A stretch of DNA of 64,000 nucleotides, taken from assembly GCA_963762205.1 (NCBI GenBank), contig CAVXJZ010000003.1, forward strand, positions 491,371 to 555,370, given 5' to 3'. Source of the DNA: an uncultured Solirubrobacterales bacterium (lineage in GTDB: Bacteria; Actinomycetota; Thermoleophilia; Solirubrobacterales; 70-9). Positions within the stretch are counted from its first letter, which is position 1; the number at the start of each line of letters is the position of its first letter. Below, piece by piece: positions 9,781-18,910 of this stretch. The position numbers and the translations under genes were made by a program. The notes below the pieces were generated by a model. That model ran no database searches. It was given only the letters and a program-made list of their open reading frames with translations, and had not been told where the DNA came from.

Positions 9781-11433
9781 ATGGTCTGGCCCAGGCGCAA
9801 CGCCCCTGTCCTTCTTCTCTGCGCGGCACTCCTGGCGTCGGGCGCGCTGATTCTCGCGCTGACCCGCGACCTGACCTTCTTCCAGGACACCTGGGCGTTC
9901 CTGATGTACAGGCGAGAGCTCTCGGTCGATGCCCTGCTGCAGCCTCACAACGAGCACATCGTCCTCCTCCCCGTGGCCTTCGAGATCCTCTTCCTGAACA
10001 TCTTCGGGATGAGCTCGGCGCTCCCCGAATTCGTGCTGCTCACCGCGATGCTGCTGGTCAGCGCGACGCTTCTCTTCGTCTACGCGAGGCGCCGGGTCGG
10101 GGACTGGCCGGCGCTGATGGCGGCGACGCTGCTTCTCTTCCTCGGCCCGGCCTGGCTGGACCTCCTCTGGCCCTTCGAGCTCGGGTTCGTCGGAGCGATT
10201 CTGTTCGGCATCGCGATGCTCCTCGCCCTGGACCGCGACGACAGCTCCGGAGACGTCGCGGCCTGCGCCTTTCTCACCCTCGCCGCCGGCTTCTCCAACC
10301 TCGGGGTCGCCTTCATGGCCGCGGCGGCGGTGAACCTGCTCCAGCGGCGTCGGGACCGCGGTCTTCGCCGCGCCTACATCGTCGCCGTCCCGGCGCTGCT
10401 GTTCGCCGCCTGGTACGTCGGCTGGGGGCGGGACGCGGAAAGCCACCTGGCGCTTCGCAACGTCCTCGACTCCCCGCACTACGTGCTCGAAGGCCTTGCC
10501 GCCTCGGTCGAGTCGCTCCTCGGCCTGAGCACGGCGCCGATCGAGGGGATCGCCACCGTCGGCTGGGGGCAGCCGCTGCTCGTCGCCCTGGTTGCCCTCG
10601 TCGTCTTTCGGCAGCTCCGCCGCCCCGGGCTCTCCGCGGGCTTCTGGCCTGTGGCGGCGGCGACCGCGACCAGCTGGTTCCTGACCGCCTTCAACTACAT
10701 CCCGGGCCGTGAGGCGACCACCGGCCGGTACATGTACGCGGGCGGGGTGTTCGTGCTCCTGCTGGCGGTCGAGCTGCTTCGCGATGTCCGCTTCGGCAGG
10801 AGGGCTCTCGCGGTTTCGGGCGCGATAACCCTTGCGGCCGTGGCGTCCAACCTGCACTTCCTCCATGACGGCGCCGACTGGCTCAAGAGCCAGACCGTCC
10901 TGACCAGGTCGGACCTCGCCGCGATCGAGATCTCTCGCCGAACGGTCGATCCCGACTTCCGCCTCACGCCCACCGTCGCCGGGACGTCCTCCCTGATCGA
11001 CGTCGCCGCCCGGGACTACCTCGAAGCGGAGAGGGACTTCGGTTCGCCCGCCTATACGCCGCAGGAGCTCGCCGCCGCGCCCGCGGCCGGTCGCCGTCAG
11101 GCCGACATCGTCCTCTCGCGGGCGCTGCCGCTTTCGACCGTCGTCCGCCCCGGGGCCCACATCCCCGGCCGGGAGCGCGGCGACTGCATCTCGGTAGGGA
11201 GCTCCTCGAGGACCTCGAACGTGGCGCTTGCGCCCGGTGCGACAAGGATCGACGTCGCGTCCGGCCCGCCTGTGCGCATCTCCCTGAGGAGGTTCGCAAG
11301 CGGCGCCTACCCGGTGCACGCAAAGGCCGCCCCGGGTGACTCGGTCACCATCCTCCGCATCCCGCCCGATCGCGCTCCGCAGCCCTGGTATCTGCACGTC
11401 GACGCTGCCCAGCAGGCCCGCGTCTGCCGCTGA
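9781..11433 (+). CDS. Polytopic membrane protein with ~170-aa C-terminal soluble domain, unknown function
   Basis: 550 aa. The N-terminal ~370 aa are strongly hydrophobic (LLLCAALLASGALILAL, FVLLTAMLLVSATLLF, ...). The C-terminal part is hydrophilic. GC3 bias is consistent with coding. Confidence 0.6.
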   Translation: MVWPRRNAPVLLLCAALLASGALILALTRDLTFFQDTWAFLMYRRELSVDALLQPHNEHIVLLPVAFEILFLNIFGMSSALPEFVLLTAMLLVSATLLFVYARRRVGDWPALMAATLLLFLGPAWLDLLWPFELGFVGAILFGIAMLLALDRDDSSGDVAACAFLTLAAGFSNLGVAFMAAAAVNLLQRRRDRGLRRAYIVAVPALLFAAWYVGWGRDAESHLALRNVLDSPHYVLEGLAASVESLLGLSTAPIEGIATVGWGQPLLVALVALVVFRQLRRPGLSAGFWPVAAATATSWFLTAFNYIPGREATTGRYMYAGGVFVLLLAVELLRDVRFGRRALAVSGAITLAAVASNLHFLHDGADWLKSQTVLTRSDLAAIEISRRTVDPDFRLTPTVAGTSSLIDVAARDYLEAERDFGSPAYTPQELAAAPAAGRRQADIVLSRALPLSTVVRPGAHIPGRERGDCISVGSSSRTSNVALAPGATRIDVASGPPVRISLRRFASGAYPVHAKAAPGDSVTILRIPPDRAPQPWYLHVDAAQQARVCR

Positions 11434-11502
11434 TCGGCCGGGGGTGGGCGACGTTGGGGTCCGCTAGCATCGCCATTCCGCATACCGCAGCGGGGCAGAT
11501 AT

Positions 11503-12324
11503 ATGGCGCTCTCGATCACCTTCGACCTTGAGGACAACCGGCGAGACGCCGCTCAGCAGCCGCGCTTCGTGGCGATGACGGAGCGCTTCCTGGAGTTCCT
11601 GGACCGCCGCGACATTCAGGCGACCTTCTTCATCGTCGGTGAGCTGGCCCGCTCGCACCCGGGCCTCGTTCGCGAGGTGGCGGACCGGGGGCACGAGATC
11701 GGACTGCACGGCCTCCGCCATGTGACCCTCGGCGACGTCGGCCCGCAGCGGCTGCGGGAGGAGCTGCAGGAGGGCCGCGCGCTGCTGGAGGATGTCGCGC
11801 AGGTGCCGGTCTCCGGCTTCCGGGCGCCGATCTTCTCGCTCACCCCGGAGACGGCCTGGGCGCTCGACGACATCGCCGCCTGCGGGTTCGCATACTCGTC
11901 CAGCGTCCTCCCGGCCGTGAATCCGCTGCACGGGTGGCCGGGTGCGCCTCGAACGCCCTTCCGATGGTCCAACGGACTGATCGAGCTGCCCTGTCCCGTG
12001 GCGGGTGCCGGTCGCGCGATGATCCCGTTTCTCGGCGGGATCTTCCTTCGCTACGTCCCGCTTTCGATAACCAGGCGGCTTCTCGCCCGCCTCGATGACG
12101 ATGCGGTTGCCTGGAGCTACGTGCATCCGTATGACCTCGATCCCGACGAGCCCTTCTTCGTGTTGCCGTGGGCGGGTTGGCTGACCAGCCGCGTCCTGCA
12201 CACCCGCCGCAGGGCCACGTTGCCGCGGATCGAGAGGATCCTGGCTGCGGTGGGCGGTGCTGCGCCCCCCCTCGCCCAGCGGCTCGACGGCATCGAAGAC
12301 GCCGCGCTTCCCGCACCGGTCTAG
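11503..12324 (+). CDS. Polysaccharide deacetylase (CE4/NodB family)
   Basis: ITFDLEDN, ATFFIVGELA, HEIGLHGLRH and SGFRAP are NodB-type motifs. The C-terminal half resembles the DUF3473-type extension seen in exopolysaccharide loci. Confidence 0.75.
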   Translation: MALSITFDLEDNRRDAAQQPRFVAMTERFLEFLDRRDIQATFFIVGELARSHPGLVREVADRGHEIGLHGLRHVTLGDVGPQRLREELQEGRALLEDVAQVPVSGFRAPIFSLTPETAWALDDIAACGFAYSSSVLPAVNPLHGWPGAPRTPFRWSNGLIELPCPVAGAGRAMIPFLGGIFLRYVPLSITRRLLARLDDDAVAWSYVHPYDLDPDEPFFVLPWAGWLTSRVLHTRRRATLPRIERILAAVGGAAPPLAQRLDGIEDAALPAPV

Positions 12325-12332
12325 GGGCGCCG

Positions 12333-13322
12333 ATGTCGACCGAGCGCGATGGTGACCCGCAGTCGCAGATCGTGCGCAGGCTCCTGTGGCTGGCGCGATC
12401 GGTCTGGGTCCGCACGGGGGTCACCGTCGTGCTTCTCGCGCTCGTCGGCTCCCGTCTCGACTGGTCGCTCATCGCGACGCGCCTGCGTGAGGGCCAGCCA
12501 CTGGACTTCCTCTTCGCGGTGGGGCTGGTGGTGCTGGCGCTCGCCGCCGGCGCCTGGCGCTGGCACGCGCTGCTGTACCGCGCGGGAGTGCCGCTGGGCG
12601 TCGGCCGCCTGGCTCGAATCTACGCGGTCTCGACCTTCTCCTCGTCGTTCCTGCCGACCACGGCCGGCGGCGACGTGACGCGCGCGCTGCTCGTGACCCG
12701 CGGACCGGACCTGCGCCGCGTCGCCGTCAGCATCGTCGTCGATCGAGCCGGCGGACTCGCCGGGATGGTCGGAATCGCATGGCTGGCGCTCGCGCTCGAG
12801 CCGGCGGGCGTGCCGGGGCAGACGGATGTGATCCTGATCTGGGCGACGCTGGCGCTGGCCCTCGCGGCCGCGCTGGTCCTCGTCGCGATGCTCAACGGGG
12901 GACGGGCGGTGCGCCGGATCCTGCCGGCCCGGCTGCTGGCCATGGCCCGCGATGCGCGCGATGTCCTGCGCGCCTACGGGCGCAGCCCGGCGCTGCTGAC
13001 CCAATGGCTGGCCCTGAGCATTCTCTACCAGGGGCTGATCGCCTTCCAGCTCGTCATGCTCGGTCGAGCGATCGACGTCGAGCTGTCGTTCGCGACGGCC
13101 GCCGTGGCTCTGACCATCGTCACCCTGGTCACACTCGTTCCGATCTCGATCGGGGGCTTCGGCGTTCGCGAGGGCTCCTACGTCGTGCTTCTCGGGGGTG
13201 TGTCGATAGCCGCGTCGGACGCGACCCTGATCTCGGTCATGTCCGTCGCGGCCCTGCTCGTTGCGAGCCTGCCGGGAGCGTTCATGATCATGCGTGGCAA
13301 CGTCGGGGCGGTGGCCCAGTGA
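12333..13322 (+). CDS. Flippase-like / lysylphosphatidylglycerol-synthase TM-region family membrane protein (UPF0104)
   Basis: ORF 12168..13322 was trimmed to the ATG at 12333 (MSTERDG...), 8 nt after the deacetylase stop. ~8 TM segments; FLPTTAGGDVTRALL- and PISIGGFGVREG-type motifs are typical of UPF0104. Confidence 0.65.
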   Translation: MSTERDGDPQSQIVRRLLWLARSVWVRTGVTVVLLALVGSRLDWSLIATRLREGQPLDFLFAVGLVVLALAAGAWRWHALLYRAGVPLGVGRLARIYAVSTFSSSFLPTTAGGDVTRALLVTRGPDLRRVAVSIVVDRAGGLAGMVGIAWLALALEPAGVPGQTDVILIWATLALALAAALVLVAMLNGGRAVRRILPARLLAMARDARDVLRAYGRSPALLTQWLALSILYQGLIAFQLVMLGRAIDVELSFATAAVALTIVTLVTLVPISIGGFGVREGSYVVLLGGVSIAASDATLISVMSVAALLVASLPGAFMIMRGNVGAVAQ

Positions 13323-13708
13323 GCGTCCAGGTGCCGATCGTGATGGCCGGCGCCGCGGCGCTGATGCTGTCGACCGTGGTCTTGGTGCGGCGGCGGATGC
13401 TGTCGATCCGCTACGGGCTCGGTTGGCTCGCCGTCTCGTTCATCGGTCTCGTCGGAGCGCCGTTGCTGAGCCTGTTCGCATCGCGTGTCGAGAGCCTCGG
13501 CTTTACCCCGACCGGTTTCTCGCTGGGGGTCTTCATCGTCTTCCTCGGCCTGGTGTGTCTGCAATTGTCGATCTCGCTCTCCGGCTTGCACAGCGCCGTG
13601 CAGGACCTTGCCGAGCATGCGGCGCTGGTCGAGGCGCGCGTGCGGGCGCTGGAGGATGAGCGCGCGGACTCCGAGGCGCAGGGGCCGCGTACGGAGTCGC
13701 TGCTGTGA
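13319..13708 (+). CDS. Small membrane protein, DUF2304-like
   Basis: The tail of ORF 12779..13708 taken from the GTG at 13319 (GTGA overlap with the upstream stop). 129 aa with three TM helices, then a helical tail (LAEHAALVEARVRALEDER). ATG 13343 is an alternative start. Confidence 0.5.
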   Translation: MSVQVPIVMAGAAALMLSTVVLVRRRMLSIRYGLGWLAVSFIGLVGAPLLSLFASRVESLGFTPTGFSLGVFIVFLGLVCLQLSISLSGLHSAVQDLAEHAALVEARVRALEDERADSEAQGPRTESLL

Positions 13709-14469
13709 CCGTGCCCTCTGCCGCGGACGTGAGGCGCGTGCTCGTGATCGTCCCCGCGCTCGACGAGGAGCGGACCGTGGGGAGCATCGTGACCACGACC
13801 CTCACTCTGGGCTACGACGTGTGCGTCGTCGACGACGGCTCGACCGACGCGACCGCCGTCCAGGCTCGTGAGGCAGGTGCCAAGGTCCTCAGCGTGCCGC
13901 TCAATCTCGGCGTCGGCGGGGCACTGCGTTGCGGCTTCCGCTGGGCGCTTGCCAACGGCTACGACGCCGCCGTGCAACTGGACGCGGACGGACAGCACGA
14001 TCCGCATGAGATCGCCGGGATCCTGCGGGCGATGGCGGAGGAGAACGCCGACATGGTGGTCGGCTCCCGCTTCGCGGATGGAGCCGGGGCGTACGAGGTG
14101 GATCCCGCACGACGCTTCGCCATGGGCCTGCTGGCGCGGCGGGCGGAGCGCGCGACCGGCACGAAGGTGACCGACTCGACCTCGGGGTTTCGCGCAATCC
14201 GCCGCCCGCTGCTCGATCAGTTCGCCGCGAGCTACCCGGTCGAGTACCTGGGAGACACGGTCGAGGCGCTGATCGAGGCGGGCCTCGCGGGCGCCAGGAT
14301 CGTCGAGCACCCGATCAACGCCTCGCCGCGGGCCCATGGCAGCGGCAGCGCCGGAGTGCTGGCGAGCATCTGGTACGTCGCCCGCGTGCTGTTCGCGGTC
14401 GAGCTGATGCACAATCGCCGCCCCGATCCACCGTCCGGCAGCCTGCCGAGCACACACGGTGTCGACTAG
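13705..14469 (+). CDS. GT2 glycosyltransferase (soluble, DPM1-like)
   Basis: VLVIVPALDEERTVG...VVDDGSTDAT...QLDADGQHDP...TSGFRAIRR. The GTG start overlaps the upstream stop (GTGA at 13705-13708). Confidence 0.8.
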   Translation: MTVPSAADVRRVLVIVPALDEERTVGSIVTTTLTLGYDVCVVDDGSTDATAVQAREAGAKVLSVPLNLGVGGALRCGFRWALANGYDAAVQLDADGQHDPHEIAGILRAMAEENADMVVGSRFADGAGAYEVDPARRFAMGLLARRAERATGTKVTDSTSGFRAIRRPLLDQFAASYPVEYLGDTVEALIEAGLAGARIVEHPINASPRAHGSGSAGVLASIWYVARVLFAVELMHNRRPDPPSGSLPSTHGVD

Positions 14470-14478
14470 GGCGACACC

Positions 14479-15387
14479 GTGACCATTGACGCCACCGCCG
14501 CCCTGCTCGAGCGGGTCTTCCCCGATGCGCCCCGCCTCTCCCGACCGGAGTACCTGCGCTGGCTCTACGAGGATTCGCCGTTCGGAGCCTCGATCGAGGC
14601 AAATCTCGACGACGCCGAGGGGCGCGCCGGGCACTACGCGCTCGTGCCGCTCACCCTGACAGATGCCGCCGGCCGGTACCCGGGGGCGCTTTCGCTCAAC
14701 ACCGCGGTCGATGAGCGAGCGCGTGGTGGCGGCGTCTTCGTGCGGCTGGCCACGGAGGCGATCGAGGAGGCGCGGCGCCGGGGTGTGCGGATGATCGTCG
14801 GCGTCGCGAATGCAAACTCGACCCCCGGGTTTGTGCGGCGACTCTCGTTTGAGCTCGTGGGCCCGCTCCCCGCGACGGTGATGTTGCCCCTTCCCGGCCG
14901 GCGGCGGCGCGTGCTGAGCGCATGGGCCGGAGAGGAGGCCTTCGCGGCCGGGGGTGTGGCCGGCGAGCTCGACGCCCTGCTGGCTCCGCCGGCACGGGGC
15001 CTTGCGCGCGCCTGGACGCAGGAGACGTTGCGCTGGCGGCTGGCCTCGCCCGGAGCCCGCTACGCACTGCATCGCTCCGAGAACATGCTCGTGATCACCA
15101 CCGCCGACCGCGGCAGCGGCATTCCCGTCGCCGTGCTGCTGAAGGCCTTCGCATCGGCGCCGCCGAGCGCTTCCGAGCGTCGAGCCATCGTGCGCGCCGC
15201 CTGCAGGTTGCACCGTGCGCCGGTTGCCGTGCACGTCGGGCTCAACGACACGGTCGCCTTCCGCGGCATCGCGCTGCCGAGGCGGTTGCGCCCCTCGCCG
15301 CTCAATCTGATCGTCCGCCATCTCGACGAGCGGATGCCGGAGGAGATGGTCGCCCGCTTCGAGTCCCTCGACTTCGACGCCTACTGA
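14479..15387 (+). CDS. GNAT-family acetyltransferase-like protein
   Basis: 302 aa. ...LNTAVDERARGGGVFVRLATEAIEEARRRGVRMIVGVANANS... is an acetyl-CoA-binding-type motif. Sits 9 nt after the GT2 stop. Confidence 0.55.
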   Translation: MTIDATAALLERVFPDAPRLSRPEYLRWLYEDSPFGASIEANLDDAEGRAGHYALVPLTLTDAAGRYPGALSLNTAVDERARGGGVFVRLATEAIEEARRRGVRMIVGVANANSTPGFVRRLSFELVGPLPATVMLPLPGRRRRVLSAWAGEEAFAAGGVAGELDALLAPPARGLARAWTQETLRWRLASPGARYALHRSENMLVITTADRGSGIPVAVLLKAFASAPPSASERRAIVRAACRLHRAPVAVHVGLNDTVAFRGIALPRRLRPSPLNLIVRHLDERMPEEMVARFESLDFDAY

Positions 15388-15390
15388 GCC

Positions 15391-17697
15391 TTGATCGCAA
15401 CCCTCCTCAGCGCCGCGGTCACCTGTGTCGTCTCGCTCTTCCTCGGGCAGGCTGCGCTGCGTCTCGCGGGTGCGCGGGAATGGAACTGGCTCGCACCCTC
15501 CGTCGGCATCTCGGTGGCCATGCTCATCGCCGTGCCGGCCGTCCACGTGCCCGGTGGTTGCGCCACCGTGGCGGTCCTGTTGGGAGTCCTCACCCTCGCC
15601 GCGATCGTCTGGTGCGGGCGGGCCCCGGCGCACCGGCCGCCGATCTCCGGCCTGCTCGCGGCGGCGCCGGTCATGCTGCTGGTGCTGGTTCCGTTCCTGG
15701 CCGTCGGCCACGCCGGGATCCTGGGCACCTCCTTCAACAACGACATGGCACCGCACATGTCGATCGCCGAGGGCTATCTGTCGCAGGCGATCGGAGGCGT
15801 CGCGCCCCCCGACTACCCACTCGGCCCCCACGCGATGGCCGCGCTGGTCGCCGAGGGGCTCGACGTTCGGGTGGACCACGCCTTCGCGGGGTGGTCGATG
15901 GCGTTGCCGGTCCTCAGCGCCTGGACCGCGCTGGCGCTCGTGCGCCGAGCTTCGTGGTTCGGGCAGGTGGCGACGGCGACGGTGGTGGGGATGCCGTTTC
16001 TGATCGCCGCCTATTACGGGCAGGGTGCCTTCAAGGAGGTTCTCCAGGCCTGCCTGGTGCTGGCGAGTGCCCTCTTCTTCAGCGGCTACGGGCCGCGGCT
16101 GGAGCGTGGGCGCTGGGTTCCGCTGGCGCTGATAGTCGGCGGAATCCTCTCGGTCTATTCGGTCGCCGGCCTGCCCTGGCCCATCGCCTTCGGGGCACTG
16201 TGGCTGTTTGGCACGGTGGCGCTGCGATTCCGCCGCGGCGGGAAACAGGGGCTGGCGGCGTCGGCGACCCGGGAAATTCCCGCGCTGGGCCTCGGTCTCG
16301 CGGTGTTCGCCGTCTCCATCTTTCCCCAGCTGCCGCGGATCTGGCGTTTCATCTCGCTCGACCAGGCGGCCAGCATCGCCAAGGACGACATCGGCAATCT
16401 GGCTGGTTCCCTACCGGTTTGGGAGGCGTTCGGTGTCTGGAATACCCCGGACTTTCGCCTCCCGGCATCGCCGGCGTTCACGGGCGGGATGTGGACCGCC
16501 TTCGTCCTCGCGCTTGCCCTCTTCGGGATCGTCTGGACGATGCGCCGTGGACGCTGGATGTTGCCGCTCGCGGCGGCGGGCGCGCTGTCGATCTGGGCCG
16601 CATCCGCCCACTCGCAGTCGGCCTACGTGGCCGCGAAGGCGCTGGTCGTCGCCTCCCCGCTGCTGCTGGCCCTCGCCGTGCTTCCGCTGGTGGAGCAGCT
16701 GCCCGACAGGCTTCCCCGCTCCCTGTCGTCCCTCTTTCGGAGCGCCCCCGGGCGGCCCCTCCCCTGGGCCCTGGCGTCGATCCTCGTCGTCGTGCTCCTC
16801 CTCCGCGTCGGGGTATCTGACGTGCGGGCACTGCGCGCGAGCCCGGTCGGGCCCACCGACCATGTCGATGAGCTGCGCGACCTTCGCCCGCTGCTGGATG
16901 GCCGGCCGACCCTGTTCCTCGGCAACGACGACTTCATCCGCTGGGAGCTCGCAGGGGTGCCCGTCCGGGCCCCCGTGGTCGGCCTGCAGGAACTGCGGAT
17001 TCGCCCGCGGAAGGCATGGGTCTATGGGAAGGCGCATGACTTCGACTCGGTCGGTGCCGGGACCCTCAACTCATATGACTGGATCGTCACGACGCGCGAT
17101 GCGGCCGGCAGCGACCCGCCGCGCGGCGTGCGTCTGTACAGGTCGACCCCGAGCTTCGACCTCTGGCGCCGGGTGGGGAAGGTCCGCCGCCGCTCGATCC
17201 TCGCCGAGGGCGAGATGCCCGGCGCCAGGCTCGATTGCCGAACGCCGGCCGGGCGCGCAGTCCTGAGGGGCGGCGGGGTCGCCGCCGTGCGTCCCGCGCC
17301 GGTGGTCGCACCGGGCTCTGCGCTCGGTCCGGGTGGAGCTGTCTCGGTGCCGCTCTCCCTGGCCCCGGGGCGCTGGCGGCTGGAGGCCGCCTATCTCAGC
17401 CGCCTTCCGGTCCAGGTGGCGGCGCCGGGGCTGCGTGTGACGCTCCCTCCCAACCTCGATCGCCCGGGCCCGCGCTGGCCGGTGGGGCGGCTCGAGGTGG
17501 TGGGCGGGGAGCAGCCCACCGTCGTCACCTTCAGCGTCGGGGATCCGATCCTGGCCCCGGGCCAGATCATCACCGAATTGGCGACGGTCGTCGCCACCCG
17601 GGACGCGACGGTCCGCATCCTTCCCGTGCGCCAGGCATGCGGTCGATACGTCGACTGGTATCGGCCCTCGGCGCAGTCGCATCGCGGTGGCGGCTAG
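15391..17697 (+). CDS. Large polytopic membrane protein (~500 aa membrane domain + ~260 aa C-terminal domain), unknown function; GT-C candidate
   Basis: 768 aa with more than 12 hydrophobic segments and a Pro/Gly-rich beta-type C-terminal domain. Starts 3 nt after the GNAT stop. Confidence 0.6.
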   Translation: MIATLLSAAVTCVVSLFLGQAALRLAGAREWNWLAPSVGISVAMLIAVPAVHVPGGCATVAVLLGVLTLAAIVWCGRAPAHRPPISGLLAAAPVMLLVLVPFLAVGHAGILGTSFNNDMAPHMSIAEGYLSQAIGGVAPPDYPLGPHAMAALVAEGLDVRVDHAFAGWSMALPVLSAWTALALVRRASWFGQVATATVVGMPFLIAAYYGQGAFKEVLQACLVLASALFFSGYGPRLERGRWVPLALIVGGILSVYSVAGLPWPIAFGALWLFGTVALRFRRGGKQGLAASATREIPALGLGLAVFAVSIFPQLPRIWRFISLDQAASIAKDDIGNLAGSLPVWEAFGVWNTPDFRLPASPAFTGGMWTAFVLALALFGIVWTMRRGRWMLPLAAAGALSIWAASAHSQSAYVAAKALVVASPLLLALAVLPLVEQLPDRLPRSLSSLFRSAPGRPLPWALASILVVVLLLRVGVSDVRALRASPVGPTDHVDELRDLRPLLDGRPTLFLGNDDFIRWELAGVPVRAPVVGLQELRIRPRKAWVYGKAHDFDSVGAGTLNSYDWIVTTRDAAGSDPPRGVRLYRSTPSFDLWRRVGKVRRRSILAEGEMPGARLDCRTPAGRAVLRGGGVAAVRPAPVVAPGSALGPGGAVSVPLSLAPGRWRLEAAYLSRLPVQVAAPGLRVTLPPNLDRPGPRWPVGRLEVVGGEQPTVVTFSVGDPILAPGQIITELATVVATRDATVRILPVRQACGRYVDWYRPSAQSHRGGG

Positions 17698-18824
17698 GCA
17701 TCGAGAAAGCGGCTGGGCCCGGAGGCCCTGCGGGACGGGTCCCGCAGGGCCTCGAGCATCTTGTGCGGGCTGAGCTCCTCCCATTTCGCGACGAGGTCAT
17801 AGTGGCCCGTCCGCTCGGCCACCACCTGCGTCGGGTCGTCGCGGAAGAGCACCTCGACGCCCATCTGCCACCACGGCTCCGGATCGCCGTGGCGGCCGGC
17901 GATGGTGATGCGCGCCCACGGCAGCTCCTCCTGCACGCCCCGGACCCCGGCGCCGAGCTCGCCCGCGGGGGCCGGGATCGCGTCGCAGACGACCAGCGCC
18001 CTCCCCGTCGCGAGCGCATCGCGTGCCGCGAGCGTCGTCGCCGGATTCGGGGGCCAGAGCGACGGCGGGTGCGTGGCGGCGAGCTTTTCGCCCCAGCGCG
18101 CAACGAAGACCGGGCGGTTGCGCTCGAACAGCTCGGCCGCGGCCGACTCGCAGCCCGACGAGAAGCCACCGTGCAGGACCCGGACATCCGGGACGTACAT
18201 GGTCCGCAGTCCCTGCTCGAGCAGCGTCAGGCAGAGGTCTGCGTCCTCGAAGTACGCCGGGTTGTAGGCATCGAGGAAGCCACCGGCCCGGAGGAACGTG
18301 TCGCGGCGCAGCAGCATGCACGCCGCCGCGCCGAAGTCGGTGGCGCGCGGGAACCGCCAGGCGGGGTCGTCGACGTCGTCGCCGTCGCCGAGCGCCAGCA
18401 CGCTTCCGTCCGCCGCGACGACGGCGCCGGCGATCTGCATCGTGCCGTCCTCGTTCACCAACGCCGGCACGACCGCCCCGACCCCGGGCCGGCGCAGGGC
18501 GGCGAGCAGTGGCTCGATCCACCCGGCGGGGACGATCGCGTCGCTGTTGACGAGGGCCAGGACCTCGCCCCGGGCGATACGGGCGGCCTGGTTGTTGGCG
18601 GCGCCGAACCCGGCGTTGGTGTCGTTGGCGAGCAGCCGAACGTCCGGGAAGCGCTCACGGATATGGCTGAGCGTGTCGTCGGGTGACGCATTGTCCACGA
18701 CGATGATCTCGTGTGGGACGTTGGTGTGCGCGCCGGCGGCGGCGAGAGCGCGCTCGACCCACGACCACGCGCCGTGGGTGACGACGACGATCGACACTGT
18801 CGGGCCGGTCACGCGCGGGATCAT
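17694..18824 (-). CDS. GT2 glycosyltransferase (rhamnosyltransferase-like) with C-terminal extension
   Basis: VSIVVVTHGAWSW...VVDNASPDDT...NAGFGAANN...FEDADLCLTL (ED/DxD). 376 aa. 4-nt convergent overlap with the upstream membrane protein gene. Confidence 0.75.
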   Translation of the reverse strand: MIPRVTGPTVSIVVVTHGAWSWVERALAAAGAHTNVPHEIIVVDNASPDDTLSHIRERFPDVRLLANDTNAGFGAANNQAARIARGEVLALVNSDAIVPAGWIEPLLAALRRPGVGAVVPALVNEDGTMQIAGAVVAADGSVLALGDGDDVDDPAWRFPRATDFGAAACMLLRRDTFLRAGGFLDAYNPAYFEDADLCLTLLEQGLRTMYVPDVRVLHGGFSSGCESAAAELFERNRPVFVARWGEKLAATHPPSLWPPNPATTLAARDALATGRALVVCDAIPAPAGELGAGVRGVQEELPWARITIAGRHGDPEPWWQMGVEVLFRDDPTQVVAERTGHYDLVAKWEELSPHKMLEALRDPSRRASGPSRFLDA

Positions 18825-18910
18825 GACGAGCGGCGGGGCTGGGCGCCCCGAGGACGACCGGACGCCGCAGCCGCGCTGTCTGCGGGCGTGGCTTCAGTAG
18901 TCTTGCCCAC

